A stretch of DNA of 64,000 nt from Eledone cirrhosa (taxonomy: Eukaryota), in the NCBI GenBank assembly GCA_964016885.1, contig OZ024754.1, forward strand, positions 8,928,001 through 8,992,000, in the 5' to 3' direction. The notes under the pieces are model-generated. The model did no database searches. It was given only the letters and a program-made list of their open reading frames with translations, and had not been told where the DNA came from. The translations under genes and the position numbers were made by a program. Below, piece after piece: positions 52,859-64,000 of this stretch (its first letter is position 1; every line of letters starts with the position of its first letter).

Positions 52859-54437
52859 ATTCTTGACAGGGTGATACAGCAAATTAAGAACTTGGATTGT
52901 GTATCTAACCTGAGCTTGTGGAAGGGAACTGGAGAGGTTGTTGAGTGGCTTAGGCAAATTAAATATAACAATAATAATAGGTTTATTCAACTTGATATAG
53001 CTAACTATTATTCTTCTATTACCCCTAGTCTACTAAATAAGGCACTAAATTACGCATTCAAACATACGGACCTAACTAGCAAAGAAATGCATATTATATT
53101 ATCGGCTAGGAAAACTTTGATAGAATTTAATGACAAATTATGGACCAGAGCAGATAGAGATAGCAATTTTGACATAACTATGGGATCTTCCGACTCAGCT
53201 CAGGTAACTGACCTTGTGGGCTTATTTTTAATCAATTCGCTACATAGGAAAATACCTGGTACTACCGGAGGTTTATATAGGGATGACATGCTTTTACTTA
53301 TTAATAATAATAACCCTGAACTAAATAGAAAATGTAAACAAATTACAAAATTTTTTAATTACTTTAACCTTAAAATAGAAATTGAGAACAACCATAGAAT
53401 AGTCAATTTCCTAGATATAACATTAAATCTCAACACATGTCTCCACTATCCTTTTCACAAGTTGAATGAAAACTTAAACTATGTCAACTTTAACTCTAAC
53501 CACCCCAGATCTGTCAAAAACACTATAGTAAACTCAGTCCAAAAACGTATCTCTAGGATCTCGTCGAATAGAAAGATTTTTGACGAAAAGGCCCAGTACT
53601 ATAATGATGCACTAGCTAGGGCAGGGTATGCTGATAAGATTGTGTACATAGATAATGATAGACAAACTAAACAAAGTAACAACTTTTTTAATTACGGCAA
53701 CAACATTAACAACTATAATAGAAAGCATTACAATAATTCCAAAGGACAAAAAAGAAATAGAACTAGGAACATAATTTGGTTTGCCCCCCCCTTTCTCACT
53801 AAACATTAAAACCCACATTGCTAAATTATTTTTCAAAGCTCTTGATAATCGCTTCCCTAGAACACATAGGTATCACTCAATCTTCAATAGGCATACAATT
53901 AAATTAACCTACTCATCCACCAAAAATTTAGCACAAAATATTAATAGAATAAATAATAGGAACTTAAAACCTACTGATAATAGCATAAACAATATACAAG
54001 TTAACAAATGTAACTGTAGAGATAGATCTAAATGTCCGTTAAATAACAACTGCTTAGTTAAAAATATAGTATACAATTGTAATGTTAATACTGACTCTAA
54101 TTCTTTTAACTATGTCGGTTCCACATCGACGGAATTTAAACTTCGCTATAATAACCACAAGAATTCTTTCACAGATCCAAATAAAAAATCTTCAACGGCA
54201 CTATCAGGCGTACTCTGGCAACTTAAGCTAGATAACGTTAGATATTCGACGGCTTGGAATATAGTCTCAAGAGGGATTCCTTTTAATTCATCCTCTGAGA
54301 CATGTGACCTCTGCGCAGAGGAGATATTCTTTATACTAAAATCTAAAAATTCCCTTAACCTACGGACAAATTTATTCAGTTGTTGCAAACATAGATTAAA
54401 CTCAACGTTTAAATATAAATTTAAATTTAAAATGTAG
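52859..54437 (+). CDS. PLE polyprotein remnant: RT plus C-terminal GIY-YIG endonuclease, one frameshift at the C8 run near 53784-53791
   Basis: FIQLDIANYYSSI, MGSSDSAQ, GGLYRDD, NFLDI, SNHP; WFAPPF/SLNIKT; CNCRDRSKCPLNNNC; NIVY..NYVGST..FKLRYNNH; CDLC..E..LN..CKH. Confidence 0.88.
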
Positions 54438-55944
54438 TATATTTAATTTGATTTATATTTATATGAGAACTAGCCGATAAATTTTTGATTCCTAAATCTT
54501 TGATTCCCTCTTTTTACTCTTTTTTTTTTTTATTGTTTATTTTATTTTTTTTATTTTTATCTAAACATTCCTCATGAAAAATTAAGCTACCCTAAAAGCC
54601 GATGCTCCAAATTTTTTGAATTAACCTTACACTAGATAAACTTCTATATTAAATATAGGAACATATGTAGACATAATTGGACATCATAATCTTTTTGAGA
54701 TGTTCTTTGCTAGATGTGATTTGATAGATAATTTTTGGCTTTGTCTTGTAATGAACTTGGCAATATATTGTCAATTAACTTTGAAGGGTTGTTCTTTGTG
54801 GTTTATCTTTATTTTTATTTTTATTTTTATTCTTTTAGTATTGTAGTATTCTATATTTTTTTATTTTTATTTTTATTTTATTTTATTTTTAATATTTTTA
54901 ATATCTTTAATATGTAAATTTTTAATACGTAATATTTTTTAATACGTAGTATTTTTAATATGCAATATTTTTATTATGTAATATTCTTTCGTAATATTTT
55001 TTCAGTTTTCTATTCTATATTTTTACTTATTATTATTATTATGTAATATTCTTTCGTAATATTTTTTCAGTTTTCTATTCTATATTTTTACTTATTATTA
55101 TTATTATTATTGTTATCTTTTTATTTTTAGTTTTGTTTATAATATAATATATATTTTTGATTAGTATATTGAAATCTGCTCTCTATTTCTGCTTGATTGA
55201 TAATCTTGTAGAGTAATCGCAAGAATAATAATACGCTCAAATTTTTATACCACATTGAGAATGTTTTCCGGTAACTTAGAGTTTGCAGAGTGAATCAGTT
55301 GGATTCACATTGATGTTTGTAGCTGTCACATAAACATATGAATTTTTTAAAACTAAACATAAGATAATGAATTTTCACACATTATGGATACTTGTTTCAT
55401 TCAGGAATACTGATATTTACAATATAGTGTAAGTTTTATAAATACTAATACATTAAAACATAGGGTTTTCTACGCCTCGAATATGTCTGGCTATTTTTAA
55501 ATTTTTTTTTTCTCTCTCTATATCTCTCTATATATCTCCCTTACATTAATACTTGAGCTAAATAAATAAATAAATAAATAAATAAATGTATCATTGATAC
55601 ACTTACTCAAAATGACCTCCCACTACCTAATTTTCTATATATATATATGTATCTATCTCTATTTCCTCTCTCTCTATATATATATATATATCTTTCTGTT
55701 TCTTTACATGAAGCTCTTCGCTTTATCTATTTTTCCATCTCTCTATTTTGTTCCATGCATTTCTTCTTTTTCTTTTTCTTCTTTTTCTTCCTTTTCTTCG
55801 TTTTGTCTTTCTTTCTTTTTTCTCTCTTTTTTTTTTTTTCTCTCTTTCTCTCTGTATTTTCACTGCTAGCGTAAACCTCTTCAAATGAAGTCGATGTTTA
55901 TTACGGTATGTCGAATATATTTATCTATAAAACTGTTTATATTG

Positions 55945-56010
55945 TATTTTGTCTGATGAAGGCATAGCATATTGTTAATATGATATCCCCGAAATATATA
56001 TAATGAAATA
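55945..56010 (+). ncRNA. Minimal type I hammerhead ribozyme near the PLE 3' end, sense to the ORF
   Basis: tattttgt CTGATGA aggcatag-catatt-gtt-aatatg-atatcccc GAAA tatata TA atgaaata. Confidence 0.72.
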
Positions 56011-57297
56011 AATATGGTTTTATAAATATAGTTTTCCATTTATTTAATATTGTATATATATATATATATATTTGTAATAAGGTTGCTTTGATGCGTCCAT
56101 AGGCGGTATGCCGTTTGAGCACTCTATGCCCCTCGATGGAAAACGAAGAATCAGTGAAACAATTTATTACGTATTACAATTGTTTTTCCAGCGAAAAGCT
56201 CCAGGTGTGATCTATTCGCCAGAGAAACAATTGTAATACGTAATTGTGTTCCGATACATCACTGATTCTTCGTTGTCCTGTAGGAGTCACGGTAAAAAGC
56301 ACCCAGCATACACCGTAAATGTGGTTTGTGTTAGGAAGGACATCCGGCCATGAAAAAGAAGCCAGAAACAGTTCTGTGTGAGTAAGACATGGTCACCTGG
56401 CCTAGCATTGCCTTAAATGGGACAACCCGTCTAATCCAGGCTAACATGGAAAATGGCTATTAAATGATAACTATATGTTTTTGTGTGTGTGTAAAGCCCT
56501 GCAAATATACTTCCCACTAATTGTGTCTACAGGAATAACACAAGTCATGTTAGTGGGGTGCCTAGAGTAGCCATGTGTGAGTATCCCTTGACTGTTATCA
56601 AGCAATTGCACAGCATTTTCCCCTTCCAGGTAGAAAGAACTGTTACTCAAGGAACTGTCAAGTTACACATCTCAGGTCTCAGACAATTACTATGTTGGAA
56701 AGTCCTATAAGAATGAATTTTGGGGTAAAGACTATCGGGAAGACCTCCCAAGAGATAAAAGGGTAAAATATATATAGAGCATGCTGGAATACCACTGCTC
56801 ACATTGGAGAGTATTGCTCTGGACAGGAAAGATATCTAGTTTACCAATATAGAAATATAAAATTTCCACTGTTAAATCTATCTCTGCTTCTTAAGTATTC
56901 TCTATTATCTCATACCGTTTCTTTCTTATTTCAGAATATCAGATGACATTGGGATAAATTAATTTTTAATCTTGAATACATCACCTATATTTATCATCAT
57001 TTCAAGACTAAACTTTTCATACGGAACTGATATAACATTGTTTATATTAGAATTACTGTGAAAAATTTCTTCAGAACTGTGTTTATCGGAAAAATTTCGT
57101 TTCCTCACCAGCCTAAATATTTACAAGATGATTTTGAATCTTAACTAAAATTTGATCACAAAGAAGTTTGCATCATCTTCAGATCTTGACTGAGATCACA
57201 GTTGGGGGAAATATAGCAGAAGAAATATCTTCAGGAATATAATATATAAAATAATACAAGAATAACATCTGTAAATTCAGTCAAGGGAAGAAGAAAC

Positions 57298-60234
57298 ATG
57301 GAAAATAAATTGAGTGAGAAGAAGATTAAATGTGAAACATTGTCTGAAGATATTACTAATCCAGAAGACATGGCAAACGATAAAATAAGGAAGTCATATC
57401 ACTGCGATATCTGTGGTAAATCATTCACTCAAAGTAGTACCTTAACTAGACACAAACGTATACATACAGGAGAGAAACCGTATGACTGTGATATTTGTGG
57501 TAAATCATTCTCTAAATCGGATACATTAACTATTCACAAACGTATACATTCGGGAGAGAAGCCATATCACTGTGATATCTGTGGTAAATCATTCTCAGTA
57601 AGTGATAAATTAACTTCTCACAAATATACACATACAGGAGAGAAGCCATATCACTGTGATATCTGTGGTAAATCATTCGCTAAATCGGATACATTAACTA
57701 TTCACAAACGTATACATACAGGAGAGAAGCCATATCACTGTGATATCTGTGGTAAATCATTCTCTCAAAGTGGTCACTTAAGTACACACAAACGTATACA
57801 TACAGGAGAGAAACCATATCACTGTGGTATCTGTGGTAAATCATTCTCAGTAAGTGATCATTTATCTAGACACAAATATACACATACAGGAGACAAGCCA
57901 TATCACTGTGGTATCTGTGGTAAATCTTTCTCAGTAAGTGGTACATTAACTTCTCACATGCGTAGCCATACAGGTGAGAAGCCATTCCACTGTGACATTT
58001 GTGGTAAATCATTCTCTGTATTGTGTGGTTTAACTAGTCACAAACGTATACATACAGGAGACAAGCCATATCACTGCGATATCTGTGGTAAATCATTCGC
58101 TAAATCGGATACATTAACTATTCACAAACATATACATACAGGAGACAAGCCGTATCACTGTGATATCTGTGGTAAATCTTTCTCAGTAAGTGGTACATTA
58201 ACTTCTCACATAAGTCGCCATACAGGTGAGAAACCATTCCACTGTGACATCTGTGGTAAATCATTCTCTCAAAGTGGTCACTTAAGTACACACAAACGTA
58301 TACATACAGGAGAGAAACCATATCACTGTGGTATCTGTGGTAAATCATTCGCAGTAAGTGATCATTTATCTAGACACAAATATACACATACAGGAGAGAA
58401 GCCATATCACTGTGATATCTGTGGTAAATCATTCTCTCAAAGTAGTACCTTAACTACACACAAACGTATACATACAGGAGAGAAACCATATCACTGTGGT
58501 AAATCATTCTCAGTAAGTGATAAATTAACTTCTCACAAATATACACATACAGGAGAGAAGCCATATCACTGTGATATCTGTGGTAAATCATTCGCTAGAT
58601 CGGATACATTAACTATTCACAAACGTATACATACAGGAGACAAGCCATATCACTGTGGTATCTGTGGTAAATCTTTCTCAGTAAGTGGTACATTAACTTC
58701 TCACATGCGTAGCCATACAGGTGAGAAGCCATTCCACTGTGACATTTGTGGTAAATCATTCTCTGTATCGTGTGGTTTAACTAGTCACAAACGTATACAT
58801 ACAGGAGACAAGCCATATCACTGCGATATCTGTGGTAAATCATTCGCTAAATCGGATACATTAACTATTCACAAACATATACATACAGGAGACAAGCCGT
58901 ATCACTGTGATATCTGTGGTAAATCTTTCTCAGTAAGTGGTACATTAACTTCTCACATAAGTCGCCATACAGGTGAGAAACCATTCCACTGTGACATCTG
59001 TGGTAAATCATTCTCTCAAAGTGGTCACTTAAGTACACACAAACGTATACATACAGGAGAGAAACCATATCACTGTGGTATCTGTGGTAAATCATTCGCA
59101 GTAAGTGATCATTTATCTAGACACAAATATACACATACAGGAGAGAAGCCATATCACTGTGATATCTGTGGTAAATCATTCTCTCAAAGTAGTACCTTAA
59201 CTACACACAAACGTATACATACAGGAGAGAAACCATATCACTGTGGTAAATCATTCTCAGTAAGTGATAAATTAACTTCTCACAAATATACACATACAGG
59301 AGAGAAGCCATATCACTGTGATATCTGTGGTAAATCATTCGCTAGATCGGATACATTAACTATTCACAAACGTATACATACAGGAGACAAGCCATATCAC
59401 TGTGGTATCTGTGGTAAATCTTTCTCAGTAAGTGGTACATTAACTTCTCACATGCGTAGCCATACAGGTGAGAAGCCATTCCACTGTGACATTTGTGGTA
59501 AATCATTCTCTGTATCGTGTGGTTTAACTAGTCACAAACGTATACATACAGGAGACAAGCCATATCACTGTGATATCTGTGGTAAATCATTCTCTAATTT
59601 AACTAGTCACAAACGTATACATCCAGGAGAGAAGCCATACCACTGTGACATCTGTGGTAAATCATTCTCTCAAAGTGGTCACTTAAGTACACACAAACGT
59701 ATACATACAGGAGAGAAACCATATCATTGTGGTATCTGTGGTAAATCATTCTCAGTAAGTGATAAATTAACTTCTCACAAATATACACATACAGGTGAGA
59801 AGCCATTCCACTGTGACATTTGTGGTAAATCATTCTCTGTATCGTGTGTTTTAACTAGTCACAAACGTATACATACAGGAGACAAGCCATATCACTGTGA
59901 TATCTGTGGTAAATCATTCTCTAAATCGGGTGATTTAACTAGTCACAAACGTATACATACAGGAGAGAAGCCATATCACTGTGATATCTGTGGTAAATCA
60001 TTCGCTAGATCGGATACATTAACTATTCACAAACGTATACATACAGGAGACAAGCCATATCACTGTGGTATCTGTGGTAAATCTTTCTCAGTAAGTGGTA
60101 CATTAACTTCTCACATGCGTACCCATACAGGTGAGAAGCCATTCCACTGTGACATTTGTGGTAAATCATTCTCTGTATCGTGTGGTTTAACTAGTCACAA
60201 ACGTATACATACAGGAGACAAGCCATATCACTGA
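57298..60234 (+). CDS. C2H2 zinc-finger protein 4 (978 aa, 34 finger units), cut by a 2-bp deletion; 6 more fingers continue out of frame to 60721
   Basis: cactgtgat to cactgat near 60230 creates TGA; the downstream frame ends in the shared ..[15 protein letters not shown]. Confidence 0.88.
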   Translation: MENKLSEKKIKCETLSEDITNPEDMANDKIRKSYHCDICGKSFTQSSTLTRHKRIHTGEKPYDCDICGKSFSKSDTLTIHKRIHSGEKPYHCDICGKSFSVSDKLTSHKYTHTGEKPYHCDICGKSFAKSDTLTIHKRIHTGEKPYHCDICGKSFSQSGHLSTHKRIHTGEKPYHCGICGKSFSVSDHLSRHKYTHTGDKPYHCGICGKSFSVSGTLTSHMRSHTGEKPFHCDICGKSFSVLCGLTSHKRIHTGDKPYHCDICGKSFAKSDTLTIHKHIHTGDKPYHCDICGKSFSVSGTLTSHISRHTGEKPFHCDICGKSFSQSGHLSTHKRIHTGEKPYHCGICGKSFAVSDHLSRHKYTHTGEKPYHCDICGKSFSQSSTLTTHKRIHTGEKPYHCGKSFSVSDKLTSHKYTHTGEKPYHCDICGKSFARSDTLTIHKRIHTGDKPYHCGICGKSFSVSGTLTSHMRSHTGEKPFHCDICGKSFSVSCGLTSHKRIHTGDKPYHCDICGKSFAKSDTLTIHKHIHTGDKPYHCDICGKSFSVSGTLTSHISRHTGEKPFHCDICGKSFSQSGHLSTHKRIHTGEKPYHCGICGKSFAVSDHLSRHKYTHTGEKPYHCDICGKSFSQSSTLTTHKRIHTGEKPYHCGKSFSVSDKLTSHKYTHTGEKPYHCDICGKSFARSDTLTIHKRIHTGDKPYHCGICGKSFSVSGTLTSHMRSHTGEKPFHCDICGKSFSVSCGLTSHKRIHTGDKPYHCDICGKSFSNLTSHKRIHPGEKPYHCDICGKSFSQSGHLSTHKRIHTGEKPYHCGICGKSFSVSDKLTSHKYTHTGEKPFHCDICGKSFSVSCVLTSHKRIHTGDKPYHCDICGKSFSKSGDLTSHKRIHTGEKPYHCDICGKSFARSDTLTIHKRIHTGDKPYHCGICGKSFSVSGTLTSHMRTHTGEKPFHCDICGKSFSVSCGLTSHKRIHTGDKPYH

Positions 60235-61312
60235 TATCTGTGGTAAATCATTCTCTAATTTAACTAGTCACAAACGTATACATACAGGAGAGAAGCCATA
60301 CCACTGTGACATCTGTGGTAAATCATTCTCTGTATCGTGTGGTTTAACTAGTCACAAACGTATACATACAGGAGACAAGCCATATCACTGTGATATCTGT
60401 GGTAAATCATTCTCTAAATCGGGTGATTTAACTAGTCACAAACGTATACATACAGGAGAGAAGCCACATCACTGTGATATCTGTGGTAAATCATTCTCTA
60501 AATCGTGTGCTTTAACTATTCACAAACGTATACATACAGGAGAGAAGCCATACCACTGTGACATCTGTGGTAAATCATTGTCTGTATCGTGTGGTTTAAC
60601 TAGTCACAAACGTATACATACAGGAAAGAAGCCATATCACTGTGATATCTGTGGTATATCATTCTCTGTATCAAGTAGGTTAACTAGACACAAATATACC
60701 CATACAGGTGAGAAACCATAACAAAGTCATATCTCATTATCTCAAAATGGTGAATTAATTAGACACAAATACATTCATATAAATGAAAAGCCATACCATT
60801 GCTACATTAATTACACCCAAACTGTGATGTCTATGATAAATCATTCTCTAAATGTCGTGGCTTCAGTAGACACTAACATATACAGCAGAGGAACCACATC
60901 AGTGTGATGTCTGTGGTAAATGATTCTTTTGGACAGGTTACTTAATGCAAGAGAATCAGACAAGATAAAAACCATATCACTCACCCAAAATAGTGCCACC
61001 AATGTTGTAAGTATTTTGAATAAAACTTGTTTATTCAGAAATTATTCTCCTTTAATTTTATTTGTAAAAGTTGTAACCAACACTAGTTGTGACAAAACTG
61101 CATGGTACAGAATTTACAAACACTATATATATATGAGTGTATATAGAAATTATTATCCTTGAATATGATAGTATCTGTATGTGTGTATAATTATGTGTAT
61201 CTGTGATCAACGTGATCAACGTCTACCTTCCACACTAATATGGGTTAGCTGGGAGCTGTCCCACTTGAGGAAAAAATTGGTCAGGTGACCATGTCTCGCT
61301 TGTATAGGGCTA

Positions 61313-61368
<56 letters not shown>

Positions 61369-64000
61369 CAGGAGTGAGACACGATCTCCTGACCCAACTT
61401 ATCTCTAAATGGGCCAAACAAAATGAAGACATAACAAATCGTCCTTTATATATATATATATATATTTGTGTTGGTGCTCTAAAATAGTGATGTATATTGT
61501 ATGTTTATTTAAAACACTTTGAAGGCCTTTCGCTATAAATTTAAGGTAGTGAATATAGTCATATACCTAGCTTCAGTGAAACCAAAGGGAAATAACCAAT
61601 GATCGTTTCTCACATTTTAGTGCTTATCAAGGTTATATATCCCTTCTTTTTGCTCTGAGCTGTAGAAGCTGGATTCTTATAGAATTCCAATTATGTGTAT
61701 GAGCTGTTTAATCTCATTAACATACAGAGTGGTTGCCTTAAGCAAGGTATGTAACATCTGTAACTATCTTGAATTCATAGCGAAAGGGCTTCAAAATGTT
61801 ATTTAAAAAAACTATTATTAACTATAAAATATGTACATTCATATATATATATAAACTTAAGCAAATTAACAAGGAGAAGACCAGACAAATTAGAACAATA
61901 TTTTAAGGGGAATCCTTAAAGAATAATTTTTGAAAAGAAAAATACAAATGAATGAAATAGAACTCCAGATTCATTGGCTGTTGAGATGGACTTGGCCAAT
62001 TTCAACCCCTACCAATGGTACTGCTGGTCACAGCGTCTGTCACAAGCCAATGCGCTGTCCTGTGGTGTAAGAGATGAGACAACACAATAATTTTTTAGCA
62101 ATTGAGCTACAACAAGTAGACATGGATTTATGTGCTGTCAGGAAAAAGGTATTGTACTTTCATACAACAAAACTCATAAGTGAAACAGAAAAAGTCGGAA
62201 AAAAGGCAAAATGAAGAAAGTAAGATATTGTGTTAAAATATGTAAGCCATTGAAATTAATGAGGGGAGGGGGAGAACAAGTTTATCACAGATTAGTAATG
62301 ATTAACCTAGATAATTTTAACAAAAGGGGCAAAACATGATACAATTTTTTAAGAGGAAACCTTAAAATATTATTTCTTGAAAATATATACATATATCTTT
62401 TGCATTTGATTTATATATATATGTTCAGTAGAGATTGTTTCGGTAAAAACAAGCGCATTGCCTGCAGCATATCACAAATTTTGGATTTTCATCGAGGATT
62501 TCATTCTCATAACAAATGCATGGACTACATCTTGGATTGCATAAGAGAACCGTTGAAATAATTATTATGAATGAGCGGTTTATATCACATCAGCATCTTA
62601 ATGTTATTCTTATATATATATATACACATATATGTAGGTTTTATATGTGGCTGATGCTCAGGTGCAGTAAGTAGCAAGTGCCCACTGGATACTAGCTCTT
62701 TCAACTACCCAGATGGTTCTATAGAAATAGTAGGCACTTTCTGTTATCAGGGTGACAAAATCAACAGTGGAGGAGAGTGTACTGAAAGTACAGTAGCCAG
62801 AAAAAGAACGGGATGGAAGAAGTTCAGAGAGCTAATACCACTGTTAGCCGCAAAAGGTTTCTCTCTAAAAATGAAAGGCCAATTGTATGATGCTTGTATA
62901 CAAACAACAATGTTACATGGTAGTTAGACCTGGGTCTTGTGTGCACAGATTGGAAAGGAATGAAGCATGCATGCTCCGATGGATGTAATAGTAATATAGA
63001 CAAAGGGTAAGTGTACTAAGTGAAAAATTAGGCATAAGAGGGATTAGATGTAGTTTACTAGAGAGGAGATTATGTTGGTATGATCATGTGATGCATATGA
63101 AGAACGACAGCTCTATAGGGCGTTCAAAATTGATGGAAGTCTCATAACGAGGTGATAAAAGCTGACCTTGCACACTTGAACCTCTCTCAGACAATGACAC
63201 AGGATCGAGATGTTTGGCGCTATGCAGTAATACAGAAGCCAACCTTCCTTTGTGCACGGACTTCTAGGTACCTTTTAATCCAATATAGATTCCACACACT
63301 TACACCTCCCTTCCACCACCACCCACACCACCTTTACTCTGTAAAGTTATGTTGGTACCACAAAACATCCAGCTTACACTGGAAATTGATCGTGTAGGTG
63401 TCACGACAAAATGCACCCAGTCCACATTGTAAAATAGTCATGTAGGTTTCGTGACAAAAAGATCTTAGTCTGCACTGTATGAACAAGGCATGGTCACCTG
63501 ACCTAGCATTGCAAACAACAGGGCACTCGTTAAACCCATGCTAGCGTGGAAAAATGGATGTAAAGTGGTGATGATTATATATATATATATATATTATTGT
63601 TTTAACTTCACCTGTTGCAAATTTTTTTATATTGTTTTTGTGAAAAAAAACAATCTTTTTCGCACACACACACACATTATATGTATATATATATTTCTTT
63701 ATTGAGTTTCTACTTTGGGCACAAGGCCAGCGAAATACCTCAGTGGACCACTGGTACTTTATTTTATCGACCTCGTAAGGATGAAAGGCAAAGTTAACCT
63801 CGGCGGATTTGAACTCAGAACGCAAAGGGCCATAACTATGCTACAAAGCATGGTATCTGACGCTCTATCGATACTGCCAAATCACTATATATATATACTT
63901 TTGGCACAAGGCCAGCAAATAGCCAGCAAATAAACTGGTACTTTATTTTATCGACCCCGTAAGGATGAAAGGCAAAGTTAACCTTGGTGGGATTTGAACT

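Larger units (their letters stand above)
50797..56054 (+). mobile_element. Penelope-like element (Naiad-like), 5'-truncated, with an inverted copy of its 3' region, inserted in (TA)n
   Basis: RT and GIY-YIG ORFs; 50887-52862 (minus nested RTE) is the reverse complement of 55292-56054; empty TA site at ~28110-28125 and ~41832-41850. Confidence 0.88.
16860..64000 (+). repeat. Tandem segmental duplication array, core unit about 9 kb, at least 4 units, continuing past the window end
   Basis: ATG spacing of 10172, 12812 and 12722 bp; colinear near-identical spacers differing by unit-specific insertions and deletions; 16860-18900 is a diverged partial upstream spacer. Confidence 0.92.

Noticed and set aside
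53990-54437. Selenocysteine recoding as reported for some Naiad PLEs
   Set aside because: The conserved Cys positions are TGT/TGC; no in-frame TGA is seen in the retained ORF
58118-59833. Antisense ORFs within ZNF and RTE coding regions
   Set aside because: Shadows of periodic or coding sequence on the other strand

Overview
AT-rich eukaryotic genomic DNA, most likely a coleoid cephalopod such as Octopus. That assignment is inferred from the C2H2 zinc-finger tandem array, the (TA)n/(CA)n richness, the SINE types and the RTE LINEs. 1-8 kb: the 3' end of a spliced coiled-coil gene that the ORF track misses (four phase-1 exons), with minisatellite-filled introns. 8-21 kb: transposon remnants (MITEs, a 5S rRNA-derived unit, Dong/R4-like, CRE-like and RTE LINEs, SINEs) and a dense set of minimal hammerhead ribozyme (HHR) motifs. 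About 16.9-64 kb: a tandem segmental array with a core unit of roughly 9 kb, each unit carrying one single-exon-CDS C2H2-ZNF gene (15, 15, 20 and 34+6 fingers). Unit-specific insertions are a Helitron, a near-intact RTE LINE with a PHD-like finger inside its RT region, and a Naiad-like Penelope-like element (PLE; RT + GIY-YIG) flanked by ~760-bp inverted arms that each carry an HHR. The most notable pattern is a PLE/HHR system: about 15 intact or decayed HHR motifs, plus short fold-back elements whose arms start at a hammerhead 3' half. All structures were read by eye; nothing was folded, aligned or searched computationally.
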